Positions 42,001-52,063 of a stretch of 64,000 nucleotides of DNA are shown in pieces. Each line of letters opens with the position of its first letter. Position 1 is the first letter of the stretch. The notes below the pieces were generated by a model. The model searched no databases and was not told the origin of the DNA. It saw nothing but the letters and a program-made list of their open reading frames with translations. This DNA is from Squalus acanthias (Eukaryota), in contig CM059432.1 in assembly GCA_030390025.1 (NCBI GenBank), positions 142,912,001 through 142,976,000 of the forward strand. The letters are read 5' to 3'. The translations under genes were made by a program, and so were the position numbers.

Positions 42001-45000
42001 CTGTTCCAGATTATTCTAGTTCTGGTCTCTATATACTGTTTCAGGTTATTCTAGTCCTGATCTGTACAAACAGTTCCAGATTATTCTAGTCGTGATCTAT
42101 ACACACAGTTCCAGATTATTCTAGCACTGACCTTTGCACACAGTTCCAGATAATTCTAGTCCTGATCTGTACACACAGTTCCAGATTATTCAATCCTGAT
42201 CTGTACACACTGTTCCAGATTATTCTAGTCCTGATCTGTACACACAGTTCCAGAATATTCTAGTCCTGATCTGTACACATTGTTCCAGATAATTATAGTT
42301 TTGATCATTACACACAGTTCCAGATTATTCTGGTCCTGATCTGTACACACTTTTCCAGAATATTCTAGTCCTGATCTGTACACACAGTTCCAGATTATAC
42401 TAGTCCTGGTCTGTACACACAGTTCCAGATTATTCTAGTCCTGATCTGTACACACAGTTCCAGTATATCCTACTCCTGATCTGCATACACAGTGCCAGAT
42501 TATTCTAGTCCTGGTCTGTACACACAGTTCCAGATAATTCTAGTCCTGATCTTTACACACAGTTCCAGAATATTCTATTCCTGATCTGTACACACACACT
42601 TAAAGATTATTCTTGTCCTGATCTGTACACAGAGTTCCAGAGTATTCAAGTCCTGATCTGTACACATTGTTCCAGGTAATTATTGTTTTGATCATTACAC
42701 ACAGTTCTAGATTATTCTAATCCTGAGCTGTACACACACAGTGCCAGTTATTCTAGCACTGACATTTGCACACAGTTCCAGATTATTCTAGACCTGACCT
42801 GTACACACAGTTCCAGATTATTCTAGTCCTGATCTGTACACACAGTTCCAGATTATACTAGTCCTGATCTGTACACACAGTGCCAGATTATTCTAGTCCT
42901 GATCTGTACACACTTTTCCAGATTATTCTAGTCCTGATCCGTACAAACAGTTCCAGACTATTCTTGTTCTGATCTCTACCCACAGATCCAGAATATTCTA
43001 GTCCTGATCTGTACACATATTTCCAGATTATTCTTGTTTTGATCATTACACACAGTTCTAGATTATTCTAATCCTGATGTGTACACACAGTTCCAGATTA
43101 TTCTTATCCAGATCTGTACACACAGTCCCAGATTATTTTAGTCCTGATCTGTACACACAGTTCAACATTATTCTAGTCCTGATCTGTACACACAGTTCCA
43201 GATTATTATAGTTCTGATCTCTACACACAGTTCCAGAATATTCTAGTCCTGATCTGTACACACAGTTCCAGATAATTCTAGTCCTCATCTGTACACGCAG
43301 TTCCAGATTATTCTAGTCCTGATCTCTACACACAGTTCCAGATTATTCTAATCCTGATCTGCACACACAGTTCCAGATTATTTTAGTCCTGATCTGTACA
43401 CACAGTTCAACATTATTCTAGTCCTGATCTGTACACACAGTTCCAGATTATTATAGTACTGATCTCTACACACAGTTCCAGAATATTCTATTCCTGATCT
43501 GTACACACAGTTCAAGATAATTCTAGTCCTGATCTGTACACGCAGTTCCAGATTATTCTAGTCCGGATCTCTACACACAGTTCCAGAATATTCTATTCCT
43601 GATCTGTACACACACACTTAAAGATTATTCTTGTCCTGATCTGTACACAGAGTTCCAGAGTATTCAAGTCCTGATCTGTACACATTGTTCCAGGTAATTA
43701 TTGTTTTGATCATTACACACAGTTCTAGATTATTCTAATCCTGAGCTGTACACACACAGTGCCAGTTATTCTAGCACTGACATTTGCACACAGTTCCAGA
43801 TTATTCTAGACCTGACCTGTACACACAGTTCCAGATTATTCTAGTCCTGATCTGTACACACAGTTCCAGATTATACTAGTCCTGATCTGTACACACAGTG
43901 CCAGATTATTCTAGTCCTGATCTGTACACACTTTTCCAGATTATTCTAGTCCTGATCCGTACAAACAGTTCCAGACTATTCTTGTTCTGATCTCTACCCA
44001 CAGATCCAGAATATTCTAGTCCTGATCTGTACACATATTTCCAGATTATTCTTGTTTTGATCATTACACACAGTTCTAGATTATTCTAATCCTGATGTGT
44101 ACACACAGTTCCAGATTATTCTTATCCAGATCTGTACACACAGTCCCAGATTATTCTAGTCCTGATCTGTACACATATTTCCAGATTATTCTTGTTTTGA
44201 TCATTACACACAGTTCTAGATTATTCTAATCCTGATGTGTACACACAGTTCCAGATTATTCTTATCCAGATCTGTACACACAGTTCCAGATTATTATAGT
44301 ACTGATCTCTACACACAGTTCCAGAATATTCTATTCCTGATCTGTACAAACAGTTCAAGATAATTCTAGTCCTGATCTGTACACGCAGTTCCAGATTATT
44401 CTAGTCCGGATCTCTACACACAGTTCCAGATTATTCTAATCCTGATCTGTACATACTGTTCCAGATTATTCTAGTTCTGATCTGTACACACAGTTCCAGA
44501 ATATTCGAGTCCTGATCTGTACACATAGTTCCAGATAATTCTTGTTTTGATCATTACACACAGTTCTAGATTATTCGAATCCTGAGCTGTACACACAGTT
44601 CCAGATTATTTTGGTCCTGATCTGCATACACAGTGAGAAATTATTCTAGCACTGCCCTATGCACACAGTTCCAGATAATACTAGTCCTGATCTGTACATA
44701 CAGTTCCAGAATATTCTAGTCCTGATCTGTACACATAGTTCCAGTTTATTCTTGTTTTGATCGGCACACTCTATTCTAGATTATGCCAGTCCTGAACTGT
44801 ACACAGAGTTCCAGATTATTCTACTTGTGATCTGTACACACAGTTCCAGATTATTCTAGCACTGACCTTTGTACACAGTTCCAGAATATTCTAGTTCTGA
44901 TTTGTACACATAGTTCCAGATTATTCTAGTCCTGATCTGTACACACAGTTCCAGATTATTCTAGTCCTGATCTGTACACAGAGTCCAAGTTTATTCCAGT

Positions 45001-45931
45001 CCTGATCTGTACACAAAGTTGAAGATTATTTTAGTCCTGATCTGTACACACAGTTCCAGAATATTCTATTCCTGATCTGTACACACAGTTCCAGATTATT
45101 CTAGTTCTGATCTCTACACACAGTTCCAGAATATTCTAGTTCTGATTTGTACACATAGTTCCAGATGATTATTGTTTTGATAATTACACACAGTTTCTAG
45201 ATTATTCTGGTACTGGACTGCATACAAAGTGCCAGATTATTCTAGTCCTGATCTGTACACACCGTTCCAGATTATTCTAATCCTGATGTGTACACACAGT
45301 TCCAGATTATTCTAATCCTGATCTGTACACAAAGTACCCGATTATGTTAGACCTGAGCTGTACACACAGTTCAACATTATTCTAGTCCTGATCTGTACAC
45401 ACAGTTCCAGATTATTATAGTTCTGATCTCTACACACAGTTCCAGAATATTCTAGTCCTGATCTGTACACACAGTTCCAGATTATTCTAGTCCTGATCTG
45501 TACACGCAGTTCCAGATTATTCTAGTCCGGATCTGTACACACAGTTCCAAATTATTCTAGTCCTGATCGGTAGACACAGTTCCAAATTATTCTAGTCCTG
45601 ATCTGTACACACAGTTCCAGATGATTCTAGTCCTGATCTGTACACACATTTGCAGAATAATCTAGTCCTGATCTGTACACATAGTTCCAGATAATTCTTG
45701 TTTTGGTCATTACACACAGATCTAGATTATTCTAATCCTTAGCTGCACACACTGTTCCAGATTATTCTAGTCCTTATCTGCATACACAGTGCCAGATTAT
45801 TCTAGCACTGACCTTTGCACACAGTTCCAGATAATTCTAGTCCTGATCTGTACACACAGTTCCAGAATATTCTAGTCCTGATCTGTACACACAGTTCCAG
45901 ATTATTCTAATCCTGATCTGTACACATTGTT
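27020..45931 (+). repeat. 35-bp satellite array, block 3, with variable-length higher-order repeats (about 2.0-3.5 kb)
   Basis: Marker AACCAGTCCAAG at 27843, 29101, 30185, 33621, 37092, 39510 and 41543. Marker (CA)nC-TTAAAG at 31243, 31841, 34679, 35277, 37940, 40568, 42600 and 43618. Confidence 0.97.
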
Positions 45932-47394
45932 AGAACATAAGAACATAAGAAATAGGAGCAGGAGTAGGCCAATCGGCCCTTCGAGCCTGCTCCACCATTC
46001 AATAAGATCATGGCTGATCTGATCCTCACCTCAAATCTAAAGAACACAAGAAGTAGGAGCAGGACCCGGCCACTCAGCCCCTGGGCCCGCTACGCCACCC
46101 ACAGGGCCTCGACCGATCCGAACTCAGCCTCATGTCCAATTTCCTGCCCGCTCCCCGTAACCCCTAATTCCCTTTACTTCTAGGAAACTGTCTATTTCTG
46201 TTTTAAATTTATTTAATGATGTAGCTTCCACAGCTTCCTGGGGCAGCAAATTCCACAGACCTACTACCCTCTGAGTGAAGAAGTTTCTCCTCATCTCAGT
46301 TTTGAAAGAGCAGCCCCTTATTCTAAGATTATGCCCCCTAGTTCTAGTTTCACCCATCCTTGGGAACATCCTTACCGCATCCACCCGATCAAGCCCCTTC
46401 ACAATCTTATATGTTTCAATAAGATCGCCTCTCATTCTTCTGAACTCCAATGAGTAGAGTCCCAATCTACTCAACCTCTCCTCGTATGTCCACCCCCTCA
46501 TCCCGGGGATTAACCGAGTGAACCTTCTTTGTACTGCCTCGAGAGCAAGTATGTCTTTTCTTAAGTATGGACACCAAAACTGTATGCAGTATTCCAGATG
46601 CGGTCTCACCAATACCTTATATAACTGCAGCAATACCTCCCTGTTTTTATAATCTATCCCCCTAGCAATAAAAGCCAACATTCCGTTGGCCTTCTTGATC
46701 AACTACTGCAACTGCATACTAACTTTTTTGATTTTCTTGCACTAGGACCCCCAGATCCCTTTGTACTGCAGTACTTTCCAGTTTCTCGCCATTAAGATAA
46801 TAACTTGCTCTCTGATTTTTCCTGCCAAAGTGCATAACCTCACATTTTCCAATATTGTATTGCATCTGCCAAATCTCTGCCCACTCACCCAGCTTGTCTA
46901 TATCCCCTTGTAGGTTTTTTATGTCCTCCTCACTTTCTACTTTCCCTCCCATCTTTGTATCATCTGCAAACTTTGATATGTTACACTCGGTCCGCTCCTC
47001 CAAATCGTTAATATAGATTGTAAAGAGTTGGGGACCCAGCACCGACCCCTGCGGAACACCACTGGCTACTGGTTGCCAGTCCGAGAATGAACCATTTATC
47101 CCAACTCTCTGCTTCCTGTTAGATAACCAATCCTCCACCCATGCCAGAATATTCCCCCCAATCCAGTGATTTTTTATCTTGAGCAATAATCTTTTATGTG
47201 GCACCTTGTCGAATGCCTTCTGGAAGTCTAAATACACTACGTCCATTGGTTCCCCTTTATCCACCCTGTACGTTATGTCCTCAAAGAACTCAAGCAAATT
47301 TGTCAGACATGATTTCCCCTTCATAAAGCCATGCTGACTTTGTCCTATCAAATTATGTTTATCTAAATGTTCCGTTACTGTCTCCTTAATAATA

Positions 47395-47748
47395 ATGATG
47401 TGGAGATGCCGGCGTTGGACTGGGGTGGACAAAAATGAGAAGTCGCACAACACCAGCGAGAAACTGGAAAGTACTGCAGTACAAAGGGATCTGGGGGTCC
47501 TAGTGCAAGAAAATCAAAAAAGTTAGTATGCAGGTGCAGTAGTTGATCAAGAAGGCCAACGGAATGTTGGCTTTTATTGCTAGGGGGATAGATTATAAAA
47601 ACAGGGAGGTATTGCTGCAGTTATATAAGATATTGGTGAGACCGCATCTGGAATACTGCATACACTGCAACACAACTGCTCCGAAAGCTTGTAAAATTAA
47701 ATAAATCTGTTGGACTATAACCTGGTGTTGTGCGACTTCTCATTTTTG
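47395..47748. mobile_element. Composite insertion: probable Penelope-like terminal fragments in inverted orientation around a 209-bp inverted copy of local CR1 DNA
   Basis: 12-bp TSD TCCTTAATAATA (47383-94, 47749-60) and a perfect 30-bp inverted repeat (47427-47456 / 47722-47751). 47456-47664 is the reverse complement of 46581-46789. The Penelope assignment rests on my recollection of the CTCCGAAAGC..AATAAA..GTTGGACTATAACCTGGTGTTGTG terminal motif, not on a search. Confidence 0.7.
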
Positions 47749-48271
47749 TCCTTAATAATAGACTCCAAAATTTTACCCACCACAGATGTTAGACTAACTG
47801 GTCTATAATTTCCAGCTTTCTGCCTACTACCCTTTTTAAATAAGGGTGTTACATTAGCAGTTTTCCAATCTGCCGGGACCTTTGCTGATTCCAGGGAATT
47901 TTGGAAAATTATTACCAAAGCATCCACAATCCCTATTGCCACTTCCCTCAAGACCCGAGGATGTAAGCCATCAGGTCCAGGGGATTTATCCGCCTTGAGT
48001 CCCATTATTTTACTGAGTACCAATTCCTTAGTGATTTTAATCGTATTTAGCTCCTCCCCCCCTAGAGCCCCCTGTTTGTCCAGTGTTGGGATATTCTTAG
48101 GGGTAAAAATTCAGTTGGTTGCGCCTCCCGTTAGCGCCTTAAAAGGGCGCTAATGGGGCGTTAAGGCGCTAACGCCCGGGCGCAGCGCTGTTTGCGCCGC
48201 TCGAGAACTTAACTTGAGATTGTGCGGCGGCGCTAAAACTTACCGCTGCGACCACCTGCGCGCGCAGATTG

Positions 48272-48416
48272 TGACGTCATTCCGTGGTGCAACGCCCTTG
48301 GGGCGCCCCGGAGCGGAAATTGAGTGGCGCCCCCTGCCTTACCGCCTGGCGCTTCCAACGACCGGAAGACTGGAACGTTATCAATCGGTGTGGGGCTGGG
48401 GGGGGCGCTATTTAAA
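48272..48416 (+). promoter_or_regulatory. Candidate transposase promoter (CRE-like TGACGTCA 48272-79; TATA-like TATTTAAA 48409-16)
   Basis: Both motifs are retained at nearly the same distance from the end in the diverged MITE. Confidence 0.55.
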
Positions 48417-48469
48417 GGGGGCCTCTTCCTGTCTTTTTCTGTGGTCGACATTTATGCACCACTCGTTCT

Positions 48470-48507
48470 GAGAGAGAGAGAGAGATTCGGAGAGAGAGAG
48501 AGAGAGA
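48470..48507 (+). repeat. Interrupted (GA)n microsatellite upstream of the transposase ORF
   Basis: Two GA runs separated by TTCG. Confidence 0.85.
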
Positions 48508-48611
48508 CTTCTACATTGACTCAACGCTTTGTGAGGTAGTTTTGCCTAGTTCATCCTAACTTTGCTGCTACTTTCGTTGCTGTACCTCATTACTTTTCTG
48601 GCAAAGAGAAT

Positions 48612-49772
48612 ATGGGGGCTGCAATGATTGGGGGCGTCGTCCTGCTCCAGCTCAATCGGAGGATAGTGAGACGCAGACAGAGAGTGGCAATGATGGCCAG
48701 ACGGAGGAGGGCCATCAGGCGCATGTACAGGAGAGCTTACCCTCCCAGGGTATATCGTGAACAGCTCTCCTACATCCACATGTCCGAGGAGCTGTGTTTG
48801 CGAAGGCTGCGATTCAGCAAGGAGGTGGTCACTGAGCTCTGCCACCTGCTGCAGCCAGATCTGCAGCCTCAGCTGAGGTCCAGGACGTCTCTGTCGGTGG
48901 CAGTGAAGGTCACAGTGGCTTTGAACTTCTACGCCACTGGCTCATTCCAAGCTGCTGTTGGGGACCTCGCCAATATCTCCCAGTTTGCGGTGCATCGCTG
49001 CATCCGGCAGGTCACCAATGCCCTCTTCACAAGGAGACGAGACTTCATCTCCTTCCCAATGACCCCAGACAAGCAGCATGACCGTGCTATGGGCTTTGCG
49101 AGGGTAGCGGGCTTCCCCATGGTGCAGGGCGCCATTGACTGCACGCATGTGGCTTTGCGTGCTCCGCGAGAGAATGCAGAGGAGTTCCGGAACAGAAAGG
49201 GGTTCCATTCCTTGAATGTGCAGTTGGTCTGTGACCACAGACAGGTGATTCTCGCTGTCAATGCCCACTATCCGGGCAGCTGCCACGATGCTTTCATCCT
49301 GCGCCAGAGTACTGTGGCAGAAATTTTCGAGGCACCGCATCAGCCAGTTGGTTGGCTTCTGGGGGACAAGGGGTACGCATTGAGCACCTGGCTGATGACA
49401 CCGCTCCGTGCGCCAAACACCCCTGCTGAGCTGCGGTACCAGGAAAGCCAACAAGCAACCAGGAACATTATTGAGCGCACAATCGGCGTGCTCAAACAAC
49501 GATTCCGCTGTCTGGACCATTCCGGAGGAGCCCTGCAGTACTCGCCTGAGCAAGTTTCCAAATTCGTAGTGGTGTGCTGCATGTTGCACAACATGGCAAT
49601 CCTCAGGACGCAGCCAATGCCACCAGGCCTTGCAGCACCACAAGAGGAGGAGGAGGAAGAGGAGGAACAGGCCGAGGACGATGATCAGCAGCAGCACCAA
49701 GGCAGGAGGGCGGCCCACAATGGTCAAACTGCAAGGGCCGTCCGTCAACGACTAATAGCAAGCCGCTTCTAG
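48612..49772 (+). CDS. Harbinger DDE transposase (HARBI1-like, DDE_Tnp_4 type), 386 aa, uninterrupted
   Basis: Motifs GAIDCTH, FRNRKGFHSLNVQLVCD, YPGSCHDAFIL, LLGDKGY, RNIIERTIGVLKQRFRCL and CCMLHN; Arg-rich N-terminus and acidic C-terminal tract. Confidence 0.95.
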   Translation: MGAAMIGGVVLLQLNRRIVRRRQRVAMMARRRRAIRRMYRRAYPPRVYREQLSYIHMSEELCLRRLRFSKEVVTELCHLLQPDLQPQLRSRTSLSVAVKVTVALNFYATGSFQAAVGDLANISQFAVHRCIRQVTNALFTRRRDFISFPMTPDKQHDRAMGFARVAGFPMVQGAIDCTHVALRAPRENAEEFRNRKGFHSLNVQLVCDHRQVILAVNAHYPGSCHDAFILRQSTVAEIFEAPHQPVGWLLGDKGYALSTWLMTPLRAPNTPAELRYQESQQATRNIIERTIGVLKQRFRCLDHSGGALQYSPEQVSKFVVVCCMLHNMAILRTQPMPPGLAAPQEEEEEEEEQAEDDDQQQHQGRRAAHNGQTARAVRQRLIASRF

Positions 49773-49883
49773 GGCCCCTGCCATTGCTACAAACACGAAT
49801 CAACCCAGCACGCAACCCCTAAGCCGGCCAAGGCACCAATAATTCCAACCACCAGCCATGTATATTTTGAATACAGAAAATTA

Positions 49884-50039
49884 TTTATTGTACAAACTCT
49901 GTGTGTGTCAATTCCTCATGACAAACTCATAGAAATAAACACAAAAAAACAGTCAATAACATAACTGGTTCTCACAACCTGGAGATAATGTCCAAAACAC
50001 TAAACAAAAGTTGGGCCATGAACCTCGGCCTTTAATAAA
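49884..50039. terminator. Candidate polyadenylation signals for the convergent Harbinger genes
   Basis: AATAAA on + at 49934-39 and 50034-39, and on - at 49884-89, within an AT-rich intergenic spacer. Confidence 0.55.
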
Positions 50040-50066
50040 AAAATGACCAGCATTTTGGCACACCTC

Positions 50067-52063
50067 CTACTTTTTGCCCTTCGAGGGTGATCTCCTTCCC
50101 TTGCGCACTTCCCCCCTTCTAACCCTACTGCTCCTCCGTAATGGGACCTCAGTGGCTGCAGCAAGGCTGGTGGAAGGCTGCTGCTTGTCAGACCCTGACA
50201 CTGCAGATGCCCCTGAAGGACGGCCTCGACCACTTCTGGGCCTGGAGGGCCCGGCTGCAGACTGCACCAACTCTGCATGGGCGGCAGCAGTCTGTCCTAC
50301 AGGCGGTGGCAAGTGCAGTGGAGAAGTGACAGTGTTGGCAGCAGGAATGCTGTCATCGTGAGAGAGGACAGCAACTCCCTGCTCGCCCGACACACTGGCA
50401 CTCCCACGGGGCAGCACTTCAGCATCCGGAGCAATTTGCCGGAGAACAGATTGCTGGCCTGCTGCGGCGCGGTGACAGCCCCGGGGACATGTGCACGAAC
50501 CATCGAGGATGGCAGCAGTCAGTGCTCGCGTGGCCTCAATCTGAGTCTGCATGAGAGCAGTCTCAGATGGGTTCCTGGCAGCCAGTGACTGAATTGCAGC
50601 ACTAAGCTTTAGTGTGGCATCCGCCTGTGCTACAGCGAAGTGCTCCACACTCCTTGCCAGTGCCTCAATGCATTCGGGCACCCTTCCCACTGCACCCATG
50701 AGCTCAGTGTGCATGCCCACCGCCTGGCTGTTCATTTCTGCAATCAGCCGCTCCTCCTCTGCGTCCATTGCATTAGGAGTGTCTGGCATACTCTCCCTCT
50801 GGGGAGAAGGCTCCCGTTCTTCCCTCCCCCCCCCATGGCGTGGCTGCAGCCCGCTGGGTCCTGGAGCTTCACCATCATCAGCCCCTTCCCCCCTGCTCCC
50901 CCGTTCTTCCCTCCCCCCCCAATGGCGTTGCTGCAGCCCGCTGGGTCCTGGAGCTTCACCATCATCAGCCCCTTCCCCCCTGCTCCCCCGTTCTTCCCTC
51001 CCCCCCCAATGGCGTTGCTGCAGCCCGCTGGGTCCTGGAACTTCACCATCATCAGCCCCTTCCCCTCTGCTCCCCTCCGGGGAAGGCGTGTTCCCAGTGT
51101 GGCCATGGGCTTCCTCGGGAGAGGGTGGCACTGATGCTCCGGCTTCCTCTTCCTCCGCAGCTGCAGCATCACTCCCAGTGGCAGCTTCAGGGACCATCTC
51201 CTCAGCTGGTGAATCACCATCTGAAAGCAGGGAGGTACAAGAGTGGCTTTAGCGTGAGGACAGGGTGGCAGTAAGGGAGGAATAAGTGCAGCGAGTTAGC
51301 AAGTTGGATTGAAAGTGTCAAAGGCTGGTATTGTGAGGGACAAGTGGAAGGACAGAGGACAAAAAGGTGATGACCTTACCATTGCTGTCCACAACGGGGT
51401 CGGCGTCCCCAGTGGCGACGGGACCGATCACCCGGCTTGCCACAATCCTGTGGACGCGCTCCTCCAGATCGCTGAGGGGTTGCAGCTGAAGCCGCCCTCC
51501 ACCCGTCCGTTGCTGCTGTCTCCGATTATGAGCCAGCTTAGCCTGCAAGAAAAAGGACAGCATCTGAGTAAATATACAGCCATGGTCTTGCCTGATGTGC
51601 CTCCCATAGGTGAATAGCCCTTACAATATGCAGCCATGGTCTTGCCTGATGTGCCTCCCATAGGTGAATAGCCCTTACTGTATGCAAAGTGTGGAATGTG
51701 TGTGTGTGTTTGATGAAAGGGCCATAGGTGTTGCATGAGTGTTGTGCATTGGGGTTTTAAGACCCTCTGGCCATAGAGTGAGGTTGAGATGGAGGGATGG
51801 AGAGGTATTGAGAAAAAGCCACTCACCCTGACGACCCGAGTGAGGTCGTTGAACTTTTTGCGGCACTGAACATGGGTCCTGGGCACCATGCTCCTGGAGG
51901 AGACGCTCTGAGCCACCTCCCTCCACACTCTTCTGAACTCGCGTGGCAAAGGCCTCCTGCCACTCTCCGGGAACAGCATGCATCGTCTGCGCTCCACTGC
52001 GTCAACCAGAGCATCCAAGGCCCGCTCGGTGAAGCGATGAGCGCGTTCTCTCACCCTCTCCAT
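50067..52063 (-). CDS. Harbinger Myb/SANT-like DNA-binding protein, 3 exons (52063-51827, 51542-51380, 51220-50067), 517 aa
   Basis: Donors GTGAGT and GTAAGG, with pyrimidine-rich acceptors TTCTTGCAG and CTTTCAG. Phases 0 and 1 join in frame (237+163+1154=1554 nt). Contains RFTERALDALV..WREVA..RTHVQCRKKFNDL, a TGGG motif and a basic C-terminus. Confidence 0.88.
50814..51075 (-). repeat. 87-bp coding tandem repeat, 3 copies (29-aa unit) in the Myb-like gene
   Basis: CCGTTCTTCC at 50814, 50901 and 50988; peptide unit GSRGEGADDGEAPGPSGLQQRHWGGREER. Confidence 0.93.
51571..51678. repeat. 54-bp tandem duplication in intron 1 of the Myb-like gene
   Basis: CAGCCATGGTCTTGCCTGATGTGCCTCCCATAGGTGAATAGCCCTTAC at 51577 and 51631. 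Confidence 0.92.

Noticed and set aside
47678..47700. Functional hammerhead ribozyme
   Set aside because: Only a GAAA-containing 3' part is present; the CTGANGA core is missing.
48612..49772. Domesticated host gene HARBI1 (or NAIF1 for the Myb-like gene)
   Set aside because: Both genes lie between TIRs with a TSD inside a LINE, so they are transposon-encoded. No gene symbol is given.
48929..51274. Antisense and alternate-frame ORFs over the Harbinger genes
   Set aside because: Shadows of the real coding frames in GC-rich DNA.
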